A DNA stretch of 45,026 nucleotides, from assembly GCA_963621955.1 (NCBI GenBank), contig CAVFGM010000017.1, positions 1 to 45,026 of the forward strand, written 5' to 3'. Under the pieces are notes generated by a model. It did no database searches and was not told the DNA's origin. It was given only the letters and a program-made list of their open reading frames with translations. Position 1 is the first letter of the stretch. Each line of letters opens with the position of its first letter. Shown here one piece after another: positions 34,801 through 42,770 of the stretch. Position numbers and translations under genes: made by a program. This stretch comes from Bacteroidaceae bacterium. Lineage in GTDB: Bacteria; Bacillota; Clostridia; Oscillospirales; Oscillospiraceae.

Positions 34801-34834
34801 AAAAGGGCACGCTGCGGCGTGCCCTTTTGTTTTC
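34801..34834 (+). terminator. intrinsic terminator (copy 2 of the near-identical hairpin pair)
   Basis: AAAAGGGCACGCTGCGGCGTGCCCTTTTGTTTTC. Confidence 0.8.
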
Positions 34835-34854
34835 TTTATATTGAACCAAAACTG

Positions 34855-34883
34855 TTGCGAAACGGCGGGAAATGGATTATACT
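34855..34883 (+). promoter_or_regulatory. candidate promoter of the glycosylation operon
   Basis: TTGCGA (34855-34860), 17-nt spacer, TATACT (34878-34883), 41 nt upstream of the ATG at 34925. Confidence 0.35.
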
Positions 34884-34924
34884 GTTAATCTGTATTATAA
34901 TGTGATAAACTCAGGAGAGTTCTG

Positions 34925-36505
34925 ATGAAAGAAAAATTCCGCCGCTGCTGGGCGCTGGTGCTTGTTTTTGTGATCGTCACGGGAGTGTGCTTCCTGTTTG
35001 CCGGGCGCAAATCCGGAATGTTCATTGACGAGATATATGCCTACGGCCTGTCGAACAGCCACTATGCCCCGTTCCTGACAGACATAAAGGACGGGGAGAT
35101 GGTCGGCAAGACCTTTACCCGGCAGGAGCTTTTCGACTATGTCGCCGTAACGGACGGGGAGCGCTTCGATGCCGGCTCCGTCTATTATAATCAGGTGCAT
35201 GATGTTCACCCGCCGCTGCACTACTGGCTGCTGAACGCTGTCTGCTCGCTGTTCCCGGACACTTTCAGCAAATGGACGGGGCTTGCGCTCAACTACGTGC
35301 TGTATATGCTCACGATGTTCGTGCTGTATAAGACCGTGCGCAGGCTCGGCTGGAGCCGCGGCTGCGGCACTGCTGCGGCTGTGCTCTACGGGCTGAGCGT
35401 GATAGGCCTGTCGACCTTTGTGATGATCCGCATGTACATGCTCCTGACGCTCCTCACGGTCGTGCTGATGTACCTGATCGTCTGCCTGATGCAGGAGTTC
35501 AGACCGAAGTACTGCATCCTGACCGGCCTTGTGCTGCTGGCGGGGCTGATAACGCAGTATTATTTTGTGTTCTACGCTTTCTTCCTCTGCGCGGCGTATG
35601 TGATATACGCGCTTGTGAAGAGAGAATACAAGGCGCTGGCGTGGTTTGTTCCCTGCGCACTCGTCGGGGCGCTGAGCCTGCTGCTCGTGTTCCCCGCGTG
35701 CATGAACCATCTTTTTGCCGACAACATCGTCTCCGGCGGGAACGCGATGGAGAACCTGCGCAACTTCGCGCAGTACCCCGTCAGGCTCAAGACCTTTATA
35801 AGCTTTATAACGCACGGGCTCAAGGCGGCGATTATCATTGCGCTGCTGGCCATCATCGCGCTCGGCGTATATTTCAAGAAGTTCAAAGCGGCGGCAAAGG
35901 ACAAAAGGCTCGACCTGCGCGCGCTGGTGCTGATAGTCCCGGCGTTTGTCGTGCTCGTGATCGTCGCGCTCATCTCCCCGGTGGACGAGCCGCGGTATAT
36001 CTATAACCTTGTTCCGGCCTTTGTGCTGGCGGCGTGCCTGCTGCTGTACCTGCTGGAGCAGAGCCTTGGCAGCTTTGAGCGGGAGGGGCTTATCAAGACG
36101 GCGGCGCTGCTGTGCATCATGGGTCTGGCGCTCTGGCAGGCGCGCTGCGCCCCGCCGGATTATCTCTACCCGGAGTACGCGGAGTATGACGCGATAGTCG
36201 CGGAACATGCGGAAGATAAGTGCGTCTACTTCTCCGACAACAGGTTCGAGGCCATCACGCAGGATCTGCTTCAGCTCATGGCCTTTGACGATTTCTATGT
36301 GAGCGATGATACCGAGCTCACCGGCGCGCTCGACTATGTCGGCGGTGTGGACGAGTTCGTCGTCTACGTGGACATAAGCGAGTTCTGGTCGAGCGGCTAT
36401 GATCCCGATAAAATTATCTCCGCGCTCGCTGACTCCTCCGATTATGACAAGGCGGAGCTGCTGTACCAGAACGGCCTGAGCGCGACATATCTGATTTCCA
36501 AGTGA
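34925..36505 (+). CDS. GT-C fold membrane glycosyltransferase (GT39/GT83, ArnT/PMT-like)
   Basis: 526 aa with more than 10 TM segments. The first extracytoplasmic loop carries the acidic motif FIDEIYAYG. A C-terminal soluble domain is present. Followed by GtrB- and GtrA-like genes. Confidence 0.6.
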   Translation: MKEKFRRCWALVLVFVIVTGVCFLFAGRKSGMFIDEIYAYGLSNSHYAPFLTDIKDGEMVGKTFTRQELFDYVAVTDGERFDAGSVYYNQVHDVHPPLHYWLLNAVCSLFPDTFSKWTGLALNYVLYMLTMFVLYKTVRRLGWSRGCGTAAAVLYGLSVIGLSTFVMIRMYMLLTLLTVVLMYLIVCLMQEFRPKYCILTGLVLLAGLITQYYFVFYAFFLCAAYVIYALVKREYKALAWFVPCALVGALSLLLVFPACMNHLFADNIVSGGNAMENLRNFAQYPVRLKTFISFITHGLKAAIIIALLAIIALGVYFKKFKAAAKDKRLDLRALVLIVPAFVVLVIVALISPVDEPRYIYNLVPAFVLAACLLLYLLEQSLGSFEREGLIKTAALLCIMGLALWQARCAPPDYLYPEYAEYDAIVAEHAEDKCVYFSDNRFEAITQDLLQLMAFDDFYVSDDTELTGALDYVGGVDEFVVYVDISEFWSSGYDPDKIISALADSSDYDKAELLYQNGLSATYLISK

Positions 36506-36516
36506 GGTGCAAAAAA

Positions 36517-37440
36517 ATGCTTTCCGTGATCCTGCCTTCCTATAATGAAGAAAAAATGATCGCCAAGGCGACAGAGCGCATGGCGGAGATCCTCCAGCCG
36601 GAGAAGATCGACTATGAGCTGCTGTTCATTGACGACGGCTCCCGTGACAGCACATGGGCGCAGATAAACGAGGCCGCCGAAAAGGACAGCCACGTCGTCG
36701 GCGTACACTTCAGCCGCAACTTCGGCAAGGAGGCCGCGATGTTCGCGGGGCTGGAGCAGGCGAGGGGCGACTGCTGCGTCGTCATCGACTGCGACTTGCA
36801 GCACCCGCCGGAGAAGATAGTCGAGATGTACCGGCTCTGGGAGCAGGGCTATGAGGTCGTCGAGGGCATCAAGGAAGACCGCGGCGAGGAGAGCGGGCTG
36901 CACAAGTTCGCTGCCAACAGCTTCTATGGGCTCATCAGCAAGGCCACGGGGATGGACATGTCCTCCTCGTCGGATTTCAAGCTCCTTGACCGCAAGGTCG
37001 TTGACACGCTCAACAGTCTGCCAGAGCGCAACGTGTTCTTCCGCGCGCTCTCGTTCTGGGTCGGCTATAAGAAGACCAGCGTCAGCTACTGCGTGCAGGA
37101 GCGCACCGAGGGCGTGAGCAAGTGGTCGACAAAGTCGCTCATCAAATACGCGCTGACGAATATCAGCTCGTTCTCCTCCGCGCCGCTGCATATCGTGACG
37201 GTGCTCGGCTTTATCATGCTCGCGGTATCGGTCGTGCTCGGGATCATCGCGCTGGTGCAGAAGATATCCGGCGTCGCCCTCGGCGGGTTCACGACGGTCA
37301 TACTTCTCCTGCTGTTCTCAGCGAGCATAATTATGATAAGCCTCGGCATAATCGGCTACTACATCGCCCGCATCTATGACGAGATAAAGGGCAGGCCGAG
37401 ATATATCATTTCCCGTATCTGCGGCAGGGAGGACAAATAA
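36517..37440 (+). CDS. polyprenyl-phosphate glycosyltransferase (GT2, GtrB/ArnC/CsbB-like)
   Basis: MLSVILPSYNEE ... FIDDGSRDST ... VIDCDLQHPP. Two C-terminal TM helices. ATG 36517; the track start at 36502 is a GTG inside the upstream stop region. Confidence 0.85.
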   Translation: MLSVILPSYNEEKMIAKATERMAEILQPEKIDYELLFIDDGSRDSTWAQINEAAEKDSHVVGVHFSRNFGKEAAMFAGLEQARGDCCVVIDCDLQHPPEKIVEMYRLWEQGYEVVEGIKEDRGEESGLHKFAANSFYGLISKATGMDMSSSSDFKLLDRKVVDTLNSLPERNVFFRALSFWVGYKKTSVSYCVQERTEGVSKWSTKSLIKYALTNISSFSSAPLHIVTVLGFIMLAVSVVLGIIALVQKISGVALGGFTTVILLLLFSASIIMISLGIIGYYIARIYDEIKGRPRYIISRICGREDK

Positions 37441-37442
37441 GG

Positions 37443-37883
37443 ATGATCGAGAAAATAAAGGCGTTGTGCGTCAAGTACCGCGAGTTTCTTGTGTATTTCA
37501 TCGTCGGCTGCCTTACGACGCTTGTCGCCGCCGCTGCGCGCTTCGGCTTCAACTTCCTGTTTTTCGGCGGGACGCTGCACCCGACCTTCGCGCAGAACAC
37601 GGCCCTTGCGATAGTCGACTGGGTCGCGGGCGTCGCCTTTGCATACCCCACGAACCGCAAATGGGTCTTCCAGAGCAAGAACCCGAACATCCTTGCCGAA
37701 GCGGGCGGTTTTGTCGCCTCGCGCCTTGCGACGCTCGGGATGGACTGGGCGGTCACGCAGCTGCTCGGCACGGTGCTGGGCATAAACGTATATGTGACGT
37801 GGTTCATAAAGTCTGTGCTCGTGTTCCTCGGCAACTACATCCTCAGCAAGCTTTTTGTTTTCAAGAAGAAAAAAGAAGAATAA
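37443..37883 (+). CDS. GtrA family membrane protein (putative lipid-linked sugar flippase)
   Basis: 146 aa with 4 TM segments. REFLVYFIVGCLTTLV ... YPTNRKWVF ... NYILSKLFVF is the GtrA-like pattern. Confidence 0.8.
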   Translation: MIEKIKALCVKYREFLVYFIVGCLTTLVAAAARFGFNFLFFGGTLHPTFAQNTALAIVDWVAGVAFAYPTNRKWVFQSKNPNILAEAGGFVASRLATLGMDWAVTQLLGTVLGINVYVTWFIKSVLVFLGNYILSKLFVFKKKKEE

Positions 37884-37890
37884 AAATTTG

Positions 37891-37920
37891 AAGGCTTCCC
37901 CATCAAGGGGAAGCCTTTTT
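37891..37920 (+). terminator. intrinsic terminator after gtrA-like gene
   Basis: 9-bp stem GGCTTCCCC (37893-37901) / GGGGAAGCC (37907-37915), followed by TTTTT. Confidence 0.8.
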
Positions 37921-38020
37921 CAAATCATTTATTCTCTCCGCGGCTTTTTTCTTGTACTCGGGACGCAGTTGTGGTATCCTACTAAAGATATCTATTTCTC
38001 TTTGAAAGGAAGAATCATCC

Positions 38021-39085
38021 TTGAAAATCGTTGTTTTAGGCGGCGGGATAAGCACCGAGCGCGAGGTCGCTCTCGTCACGAGCACCTCCGTGTGCAGGGC
38101 TCTGCGCAGCCTCGGCCATAAGGCTATATTCGTCGATATGTTCATGGGGCTTGAAAATTATGACGGCGCGCTTGAGGACGCCTTTGATGTCCCCGACGGC
38201 TTCTGCGGCAGCGTCGCCGTGGAAAGAAAAGCGCCCGACCTTGAGGCGGTCAAGGCCTCGCGCAGGCTCAGGAGCCCGAGCCGTCTCGGCAAGAACGTGC
38301 TCGAGATATGCTCCCTTGCAGACTGCGTCTTTCTCGGCCTGCACGGCGCCGACGGCGAGGACGGCAAAATTCAGGCCGCGCTCGATCTGCTCGGCGTTCC
38401 CTATACCGGCTCCGGTCCGCTCAGCAGCGCGATGGCAATGGATAAGGCCGTTGCCAAGCGCGTCATGGACAGCTACGGCATCCGCACCGCGCCGTGGCGC
38501 GAGGTCGTCTACGGTGAGGACGATATCCCCGGCCTGCTCGATACGCTGCCGCTGCCCTGCGCGGTGAAGGTCGTGAACGGCGGCTCGTCCATCGGCGTGG
38601 AGCTGCCCGATACGCGCGAGGAGCTGGAGGCCGCCCTGCGCAATATCCTTAAGTACGGCGACCGCATCGTCGTCGAGGAGAAGATACACGGCACCGAGGT
38701 CACGGTCCCGGTTCTCGGCGGCCGCTGCCTGAGCCCGATCGAGATCGTCCCGCCAGAGGGCTCGACCTTTGACTATGTCGCCAAGTACCAGAGCGGCGAC
38801 GAGGGCGCGCGGGAGATATGCCCCGCCCGCATAAGCGAGAAGGACAGACAGACTGTCTGCGAAGCGGCGCTGAAGTTCCATAACGCCCTTGGACTTTCGG
38901 TCTATTCCCGCAGCGATTTCATCATCGACAGCGAAGGCCGCGCATGGTGCCTTGAGGTCAACACCCTGCCCGGAATGACCCCGAACAGCCTCATTCCCAA
39001 GGCCGCGAAGCTTGAGGGGATTGAATATCCGCAGCTGTGCGAGGAGATAATACGCCTGTCGCTTGAGTGCAAGAGCAAAAAATAA
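38021..39085 (+). CDS. ddl: D-alanine--D-alanine ligase
   Basis: 354 aa, TTG start with GAAAGGAAG RBS (38004-12). KIVVLGGGISTEREVAL, LHGADGEDGKIQ, MDKAVAKR and EVNTLPGMT are ATP-grasp Ddl blocks. Candidate promoter: TTGTAC (37952-57), 17 nt, TATCCT (37975-80). Confidence 0.9.
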   Translation: MKIVVLGGGISTEREVALVTSTSVCRALRSLGHKAIFVDMFMGLENYDGALEDAFDVPDGFCGSVAVERKAPDLEAVKASRRLRSPSRLGKNVLEICSLADCVFLGLHGADGEDGKIQAALDLLGVPYTGSGPLSSAMAMDKAVAKRVMDSYGIRTAPWREVVYGEDDIPGLLDTLPLPCAVKVVNGGSSIGVELPDTREELEAALRNILKYGDRIVVEEKIHGTEVTVPVLGGRCLSPIEIVPPEGSTFDYVAKYQSGDEGAREICPARISEKDRQTVCEAALKFHNALGLSVYSRSDFIIDSEGRAWCLEVNTLPGMTPNSLIPKAAKLEGIEYPQLCEEIIRLSLECKSKK

Positions 39086-39219
39086 TCGGAAATATCAAAT
39101 TCTTAACCGAAGTTAACACTTTCTTGATGTTTTACATAGGCATTGTGGTAAAATGCTCTCTTAGAAAAAAGACAGACAATGCTGCAAGAATGCATATCGC
39201 AAATCATCGAGGATGGACT

Positions 39220-39624
39220 ATGAGAGAAAAAATGGCGCGCTTCATGGCCGGGCGCAACGGCAACGACCAGTTAAATCGTTTTCTGCTGCTCGTCGATATC
39301 GTGCTGCTTCTGATCGCGGCGATATTCAAGGACGGGATAGGCAGATATGTATATCCGCTTGTATTCGTGCTGCTGGCATACGCATACTTCCGCATGCTCT
39401 CCCGCAATGTTTACAAGCGCCGCGAGGAAAACGGAAAGTATATCCGCGCAAAGTACAAGGTCTCCGCCGCGCTCAGGGTGCGGCACGAGCGCTGGGTGCA
39501 GCGCAAGGACTATAAGTTCTTCACCTGCCCCAACTGCAAGACGGCGCTGCGCGTTCCGAGAGGGCACGGCAAGGTCAATATAGTCTGCCGCAAGTGCGGT
39601 ACGTCCTTCACGGGGAAGACCTGA
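39220..39624 (+). CDS. membrane protein with C-terminal zinc ribbon
   Basis: 134 aa from ATG 39220 (GAGGATGG RBS). Two TM helices, then FTCPNCKTALRVPRGHGKVNIVCRKCG (CxxC...CxxC). The track ORF extension from 39067 is rejected. Confidence 0.6.
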   Translation: MREKMARFMAGRNGNDQLNRFLLLVDIVLLLIAAIFKDGIGRYVYPLVFVLLAYAYFRMLSRNVYKRREENGKYIRAKYKVSAALRVRHERWVQRKDYKFFTCPNCKTALRVPRGHGKVNIVCRKCGTSFTGKT

Positions 39625-39625
39625 T

Positions 39626-40450
39626 ATGTTCGGGTATCTTGTTGCAGCATCGGAGCTGCTTGAAGAGGAACAGCAGCAGCGCTATAAGGAGTGCTACTGC
39701 GGGCTGTGCCGCAGCCTTGACCGCTGCTTCGGCTCCGCTGCAAGGCTTACGCTCAATTATGACCTGACCTTTCTTGTGCTGCTGCTCTCCTCACTCTATG
39801 AACCGGAGGAGGAGCACGGAGAGAGCGTCTGTCCGCGCCACCCGGCCAAGCGGCAGCAGTGGATGACGAACGGGATAAGCGGCTATGCCGCGAACATGAA
39901 CGTCGCACTGGCTTATCTCAAATGTCTGGACGACTGGCATGACGACCGCAGCCTCACGGCCTACGCCGAGGCGAGGACGCTCAAGCACTGGTATGAGGAG
40001 ATCTCCGAGCGCTATCCGCGGCAGTGCGGAGCGATGCAGCGCTCTATCGAAAAGCTCGGAGAGATAGAGAAATCGGGGCTATGCGAGCCTGATGCCGCCG
40101 CCGACACTTTCGGCGAGCTTATGGAGCAGCTCTTTATCTATAAGGACGACCGCTGGTCGGATACGCTTGGCCGGATGGCTCACGCACTGGGGCGCTTTAT
40201 CTACCTCTGCGACGCGATCATCGACCTTGAGGACGACGCCGCCTCCGGAAGCTATAACCCGTTCAGGGACTATGCCGGGCGGGAGGATAACGAGCAGCGC
40301 TTCAGGGACATACTGAAGATGCAGCTCGGCGAATGTGTGTTCTATTTCGATAAGCTCCCGCTGGTACAGGACGCGGGACTGATGCAAAATATACTGTGTG
40401 TAGGGCTGTGGGCACAATTCAATAAGAAATACAGCAGAAAGGACCTGTAA
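39626..40450 (+). CDS. DUF5685-like protein
   Basis: 274 aa. MFGYLVAASELL...YKECYCGLCRSL...LTLNYDLTFLVLLLSSL matches my memory of the Firmicute DUF5685 N-terminus. Starts 1 nt after the previous stop. Confidence 0.5.
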   Translation: MFGYLVAASELLEEEQQQRYKECYCGLCRSLDRCFGSAARLTLNYDLTFLVLLLSSLYEPEEEHGESVCPRHPAKRQQWMTNGISGYAANMNVALAYLKCLDDWHDDRSLTAYAEARTLKHWYEEISERYPRQCGAMQRSIEKLGEIEKSGLCEPDAAADTFGELMEQLFIYKDDRWSDTLGRMAHALGRFIYLCDAIIDLEDDAASGSYNPFRDYAGREDNEQRFRDILKMQLGECVFYFDKLPLVQDAGLMQNILCVGLWAQFNKKYSRKDL

Positions 40451-41146
40451 ATGTATCAGGATCCATACAAGGTTCTGGGCGTCTCCCCCGACGCATCGGA
40501 CGAAGAAATAAAAAAAGCGTACCGCGAGCTTACGAAAAAATACCACCCCGACCTCAACCCCGGTGACGAAGAGGCCGCGCGGAAGATGAACGACATCAAC
40601 ACTGCCTACGACCAGATAAAGAACGGCACCGCCAAGGCAGGGGCTTATGGTCAGCAGGCCAATAACGGCTACGGCGGGGCTCAGTACGGCCAGTATGAGC
40701 AGTACGGCTGGAACCCGTGGACGAGCTGGAGCGATTTTACCGGCTGGTCGAATGCGCAGCAGAACCGTCAGACCGAACGCAGCGAATACACCGCCGCAAA
40801 AAATTACATCCGCAACGGCATGTACCGCGAGGCGCTCAACGCACTGTCCGGAGTTCCGATGTCGGAGCGCGACGGCAAGTGGTACTACCTCTCCGCCGGG
40901 GCGAACATGTACATGGGCAACAAGGTAACGGCGCTGGAGCATGCCAAGCGCGCGGTCGAAATAGAGCCGGGCAACGAGGAGTACCGCCGCCTGCTCGAAC
41001 AGCTGCAGAGCGGACGCGATTTCTATGACAGCTACTCCACCGGCTACGGCCACCGCGTGAATCTCAGCCCGCTGTGGCTGGCGCTGTGCGGCTCTCAGCT
41101 GCTGTGCGGCCAGACCTGCGGCTGCCCTATGATCTACTGCTTCTGA
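40451..41146 (+). CDS. J-domain protein with Q/G/Y-rich linker, TPR-like region and Cys-rich hydrophobic C-terminal tail
   Basis: [33 protein letters not shown] carries the HPD motif. The C-terminus is [24 protein letters not shown]. Starts immediately after the DUF5685 stop. Confidence 0.8.
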   Translation: MYQDPYKVLGVSPDASDEEIKKAYRELTKKYHPDLNPGDEEAARKMNDINTAYDQIKNGTAKAGAYGQQANNGYGGAQYGQYEQYGWNPWTSWSDFTGWSNAQQNRQTERSEYTAAKNYIRNGMYREALNALSGVPMSERDGKWYYLSAGANMYMGNKVTALEHAKRAVEIEPGNEEYRRLLEQLQSGRDFYDSYSTGYGHRVNLSPLWLALCGSQLLCGQTCGCPMIYCF

Positions 41147-41180
41147 ATATTATAAAATCACATCGCCGCTCATTAGATAG

Positions 41181-41250
41181 GTGTTCGTAAAACAGGTTTA
41201 GACCGAAATTACGAAATGAGCATCTGTCAGGCAGGGTTGGGAAACAAAAA
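41181..41250 (+). repeat. left copy of a 70-nt direct repeat flanking the AT-rich islet
   Basis: GTGTTCGTAAAACAGGTTTAGACCGAAATTACGAAATGAGCATCTGTCAGG is identical (51 nt) to 43699-43749. The next 19 nt match at 16/19 positions. Confidence 0.9.
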
Positions 41251-41252
41251 TG

Positions 41253-41298
41253 AAAAATGAGTGATGCCAAGTTGAACGACTGAACATCACTCATTTTT
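41253..41298 (+). terminator. hairpin + T-run after the J-domain gene / left repeat
   Basis: AAAAATGAGTGATG (41253-41266) pairs with CATCACTCATTTTT (41285-41298), with an 18-nt loop. Confidence 0.6.
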
Positions 41299-41419
41299 TA
41301 TTTCATCGACACTTATTACGAAATCACGGAGAAATTTCTATTATGAAGAGTAATTTGACTTATACCTTCTGCGGAGATTCCTACTACATTCCTAATGCTC
41401 AAGATGTGTCGAATGTTGG

Positions 41420-41448
41420 TTGATAATTTTTCGGTAAAGATGTATACT
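41420..41448 (+). promoter_or_regulatory. candidate promoter of the ATPase-HNH operon
   Basis: TTGATA (41420-41425), 17-nt spacer, TATACT (41443-41448), 71 nt upstream of the ATG. AAAAGAGG RBS before 41520. Confidence 0.55.
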
Positions 41449-41519
41449 TTAACAAACGAAACCGTTCACGGAAAAACGTACTCTTCATAATATAACTCGC
41501 AAAACGAAAAGAGGCTAAG

Positions 41520-42770
41520 ATGGATAACTATATCACTCATTTACACGCACAAAACACAGGCATTTTTGAAGAACTAGACATCTCCTTCAATAAGAAGTTT
41601 AATTTTATTGTTGGTCCCAACGGATGTGGTAAGACTTCCATACTAAAATGCATAGCTTTATCTTTAGCTCCAAGTGATTCCAGAGGATTTAGATATGGCA
41701 ATAATTCTGCTGTTTGGTTTGATGCTACATATGACAATAAAAACTACAGAGTAGGATTAGGTGAAGGATGGGTTTCCAATATTGATGAGTATAGGCAAGC
41801 AAGTCATAGTTCATGGAATAAGCCACCTCAGCAAGAAGGTATGCTATCATATACCGTTAACAAGCTTGAGGTAGAAAACATCAATATTACTCCATTAATT
41901 TTGGGGGCATATCGAAGAATTGCATATCAAAGAATTGAAGGTATGCATCGAGAACCGTCATTTGCAGAACAAAGAAAGAATTATCATTCCTCTGGATTTA
42001 AGAATATCGAAGGAGGATCGCTTCCTAATGTAAAGCAGTGGATGATTAATCGATATTTTGAAATCGAGAAAGACTGGGCGACTGTATATAAACGAAACTG
42101 GGACTGGATTATTGATAATCTTGAAAATCTTGGTCCATCAAATTGCAAACTCCAATTCAAAGAGATTAAACGAGATTTGGAGCCTATGTTTACGCTCCAA
42201 AACATAGATTGTTATCTGGAAGAAGTTTCCGCAGGCTTTCAAGCCGTTTTATCATTAGTTTTTGCAATTGTGGAATGGATTGAGGGAACTAACGATGAGC
42301 AATATGCATACATTCCCGAGGCTACCGGAACAGTCATAATTGATGAATTGGATGTTCATCTACATCCTGAATGGCAGTTGACTATTCGTAAATCATTAGC
42401 TACCCTTTTCCCAAATCTTCAATTTATAATAACTACACATTCGCCACATTTGATAACTTCCGCTGAGGCAGGTGAACTTATTGTACTTCCTGAATTGAGT
42501 AGAAGGGTATGCGTAGCGCCGACAGCGCAAAAGTATTCTGGATGGAATACCGATGAAGTATTGGAAGAGATTATGGGGGTTTCTAATCTTGAGAACAAGG
42601 AGTACTTGATTCTCTTAAACCAAGCAATGGACTATGTCGAAACACGAGATATTGATGCTCTTAAGGAAGCTATTATAAAGCTGAAAGACATAGTTCATCC
42701 TTCAAACACCATTCTTCACGTTCTGAAGGTGAAGCTTGCCCAATTAGAATTGGGGGATGAAAATGATTAA
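41520..42770 (+). CDS. ABC/SMC-type (AAA_15/AAA_21-like) ATPase, PtuA-like (Septu)
   Basis: 416 aa. Walker A GPNGCGKTS (41613-41639), signature-like VSAGFQ, Walker B VIIDELDVHLHPEW and H-loop TTHSP. No TM segments. Overlaps the downstream HNH gene. Confidence 0.7.
   Translation: MDNYITHLHAQNTGIFEELDISFNKKFNFIVGPNGCGKTSILKCIALSLAPSDSRGFRYGNNSAVWFDATYDNKNYRVGLGEGWVSNIDEYRQASHSSWNKPPQQEGMLSYTVNKLEVENINITPLILGAYRRIAYQRIEGMHREPSFAEQRKNYHSSGFKNIEGGSLPNVKQWMINRYFEIEKDWATVYKRNWDWIIDNLENLGPSNCKLQFKEIKRDLEPMFTLQNIDCYLEEVSAGFQAVLSLVFAIVEWIEGTNDEQYAYIPEATGTVIIDELDVHLHPEWQLTIRKSLATLFPNLQFIITTHSPHLITSAEAGELIVLPELSRRVCVAPTAQKYSGWNTDEVLEEIMGVSNLENKEYLILLNQAMDYVETRDIDALKEAIIKLKDIVHPSNTILHVLKVKLAQLELGDEND

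Noticed and set aside
29646-36208. Long minus-strand ORFs (388, 312, 496, 271 and 437 aa) opposite the TAXI/TRAP/dehydratase/aldolase/GT-C genes
   Set aside because: All are antisense to well-supported genes, have skewed composition (rich in R/A/D/H/G), and none has a recognisable domain.
38036-41053. 281-aa and 324-aa minus-strand ORFs opposite ddl and the DUF5685/J-domain genes
   Set aside because: Same reasoning: these are antisense shadow ORFs in GC-rich coding DNA.
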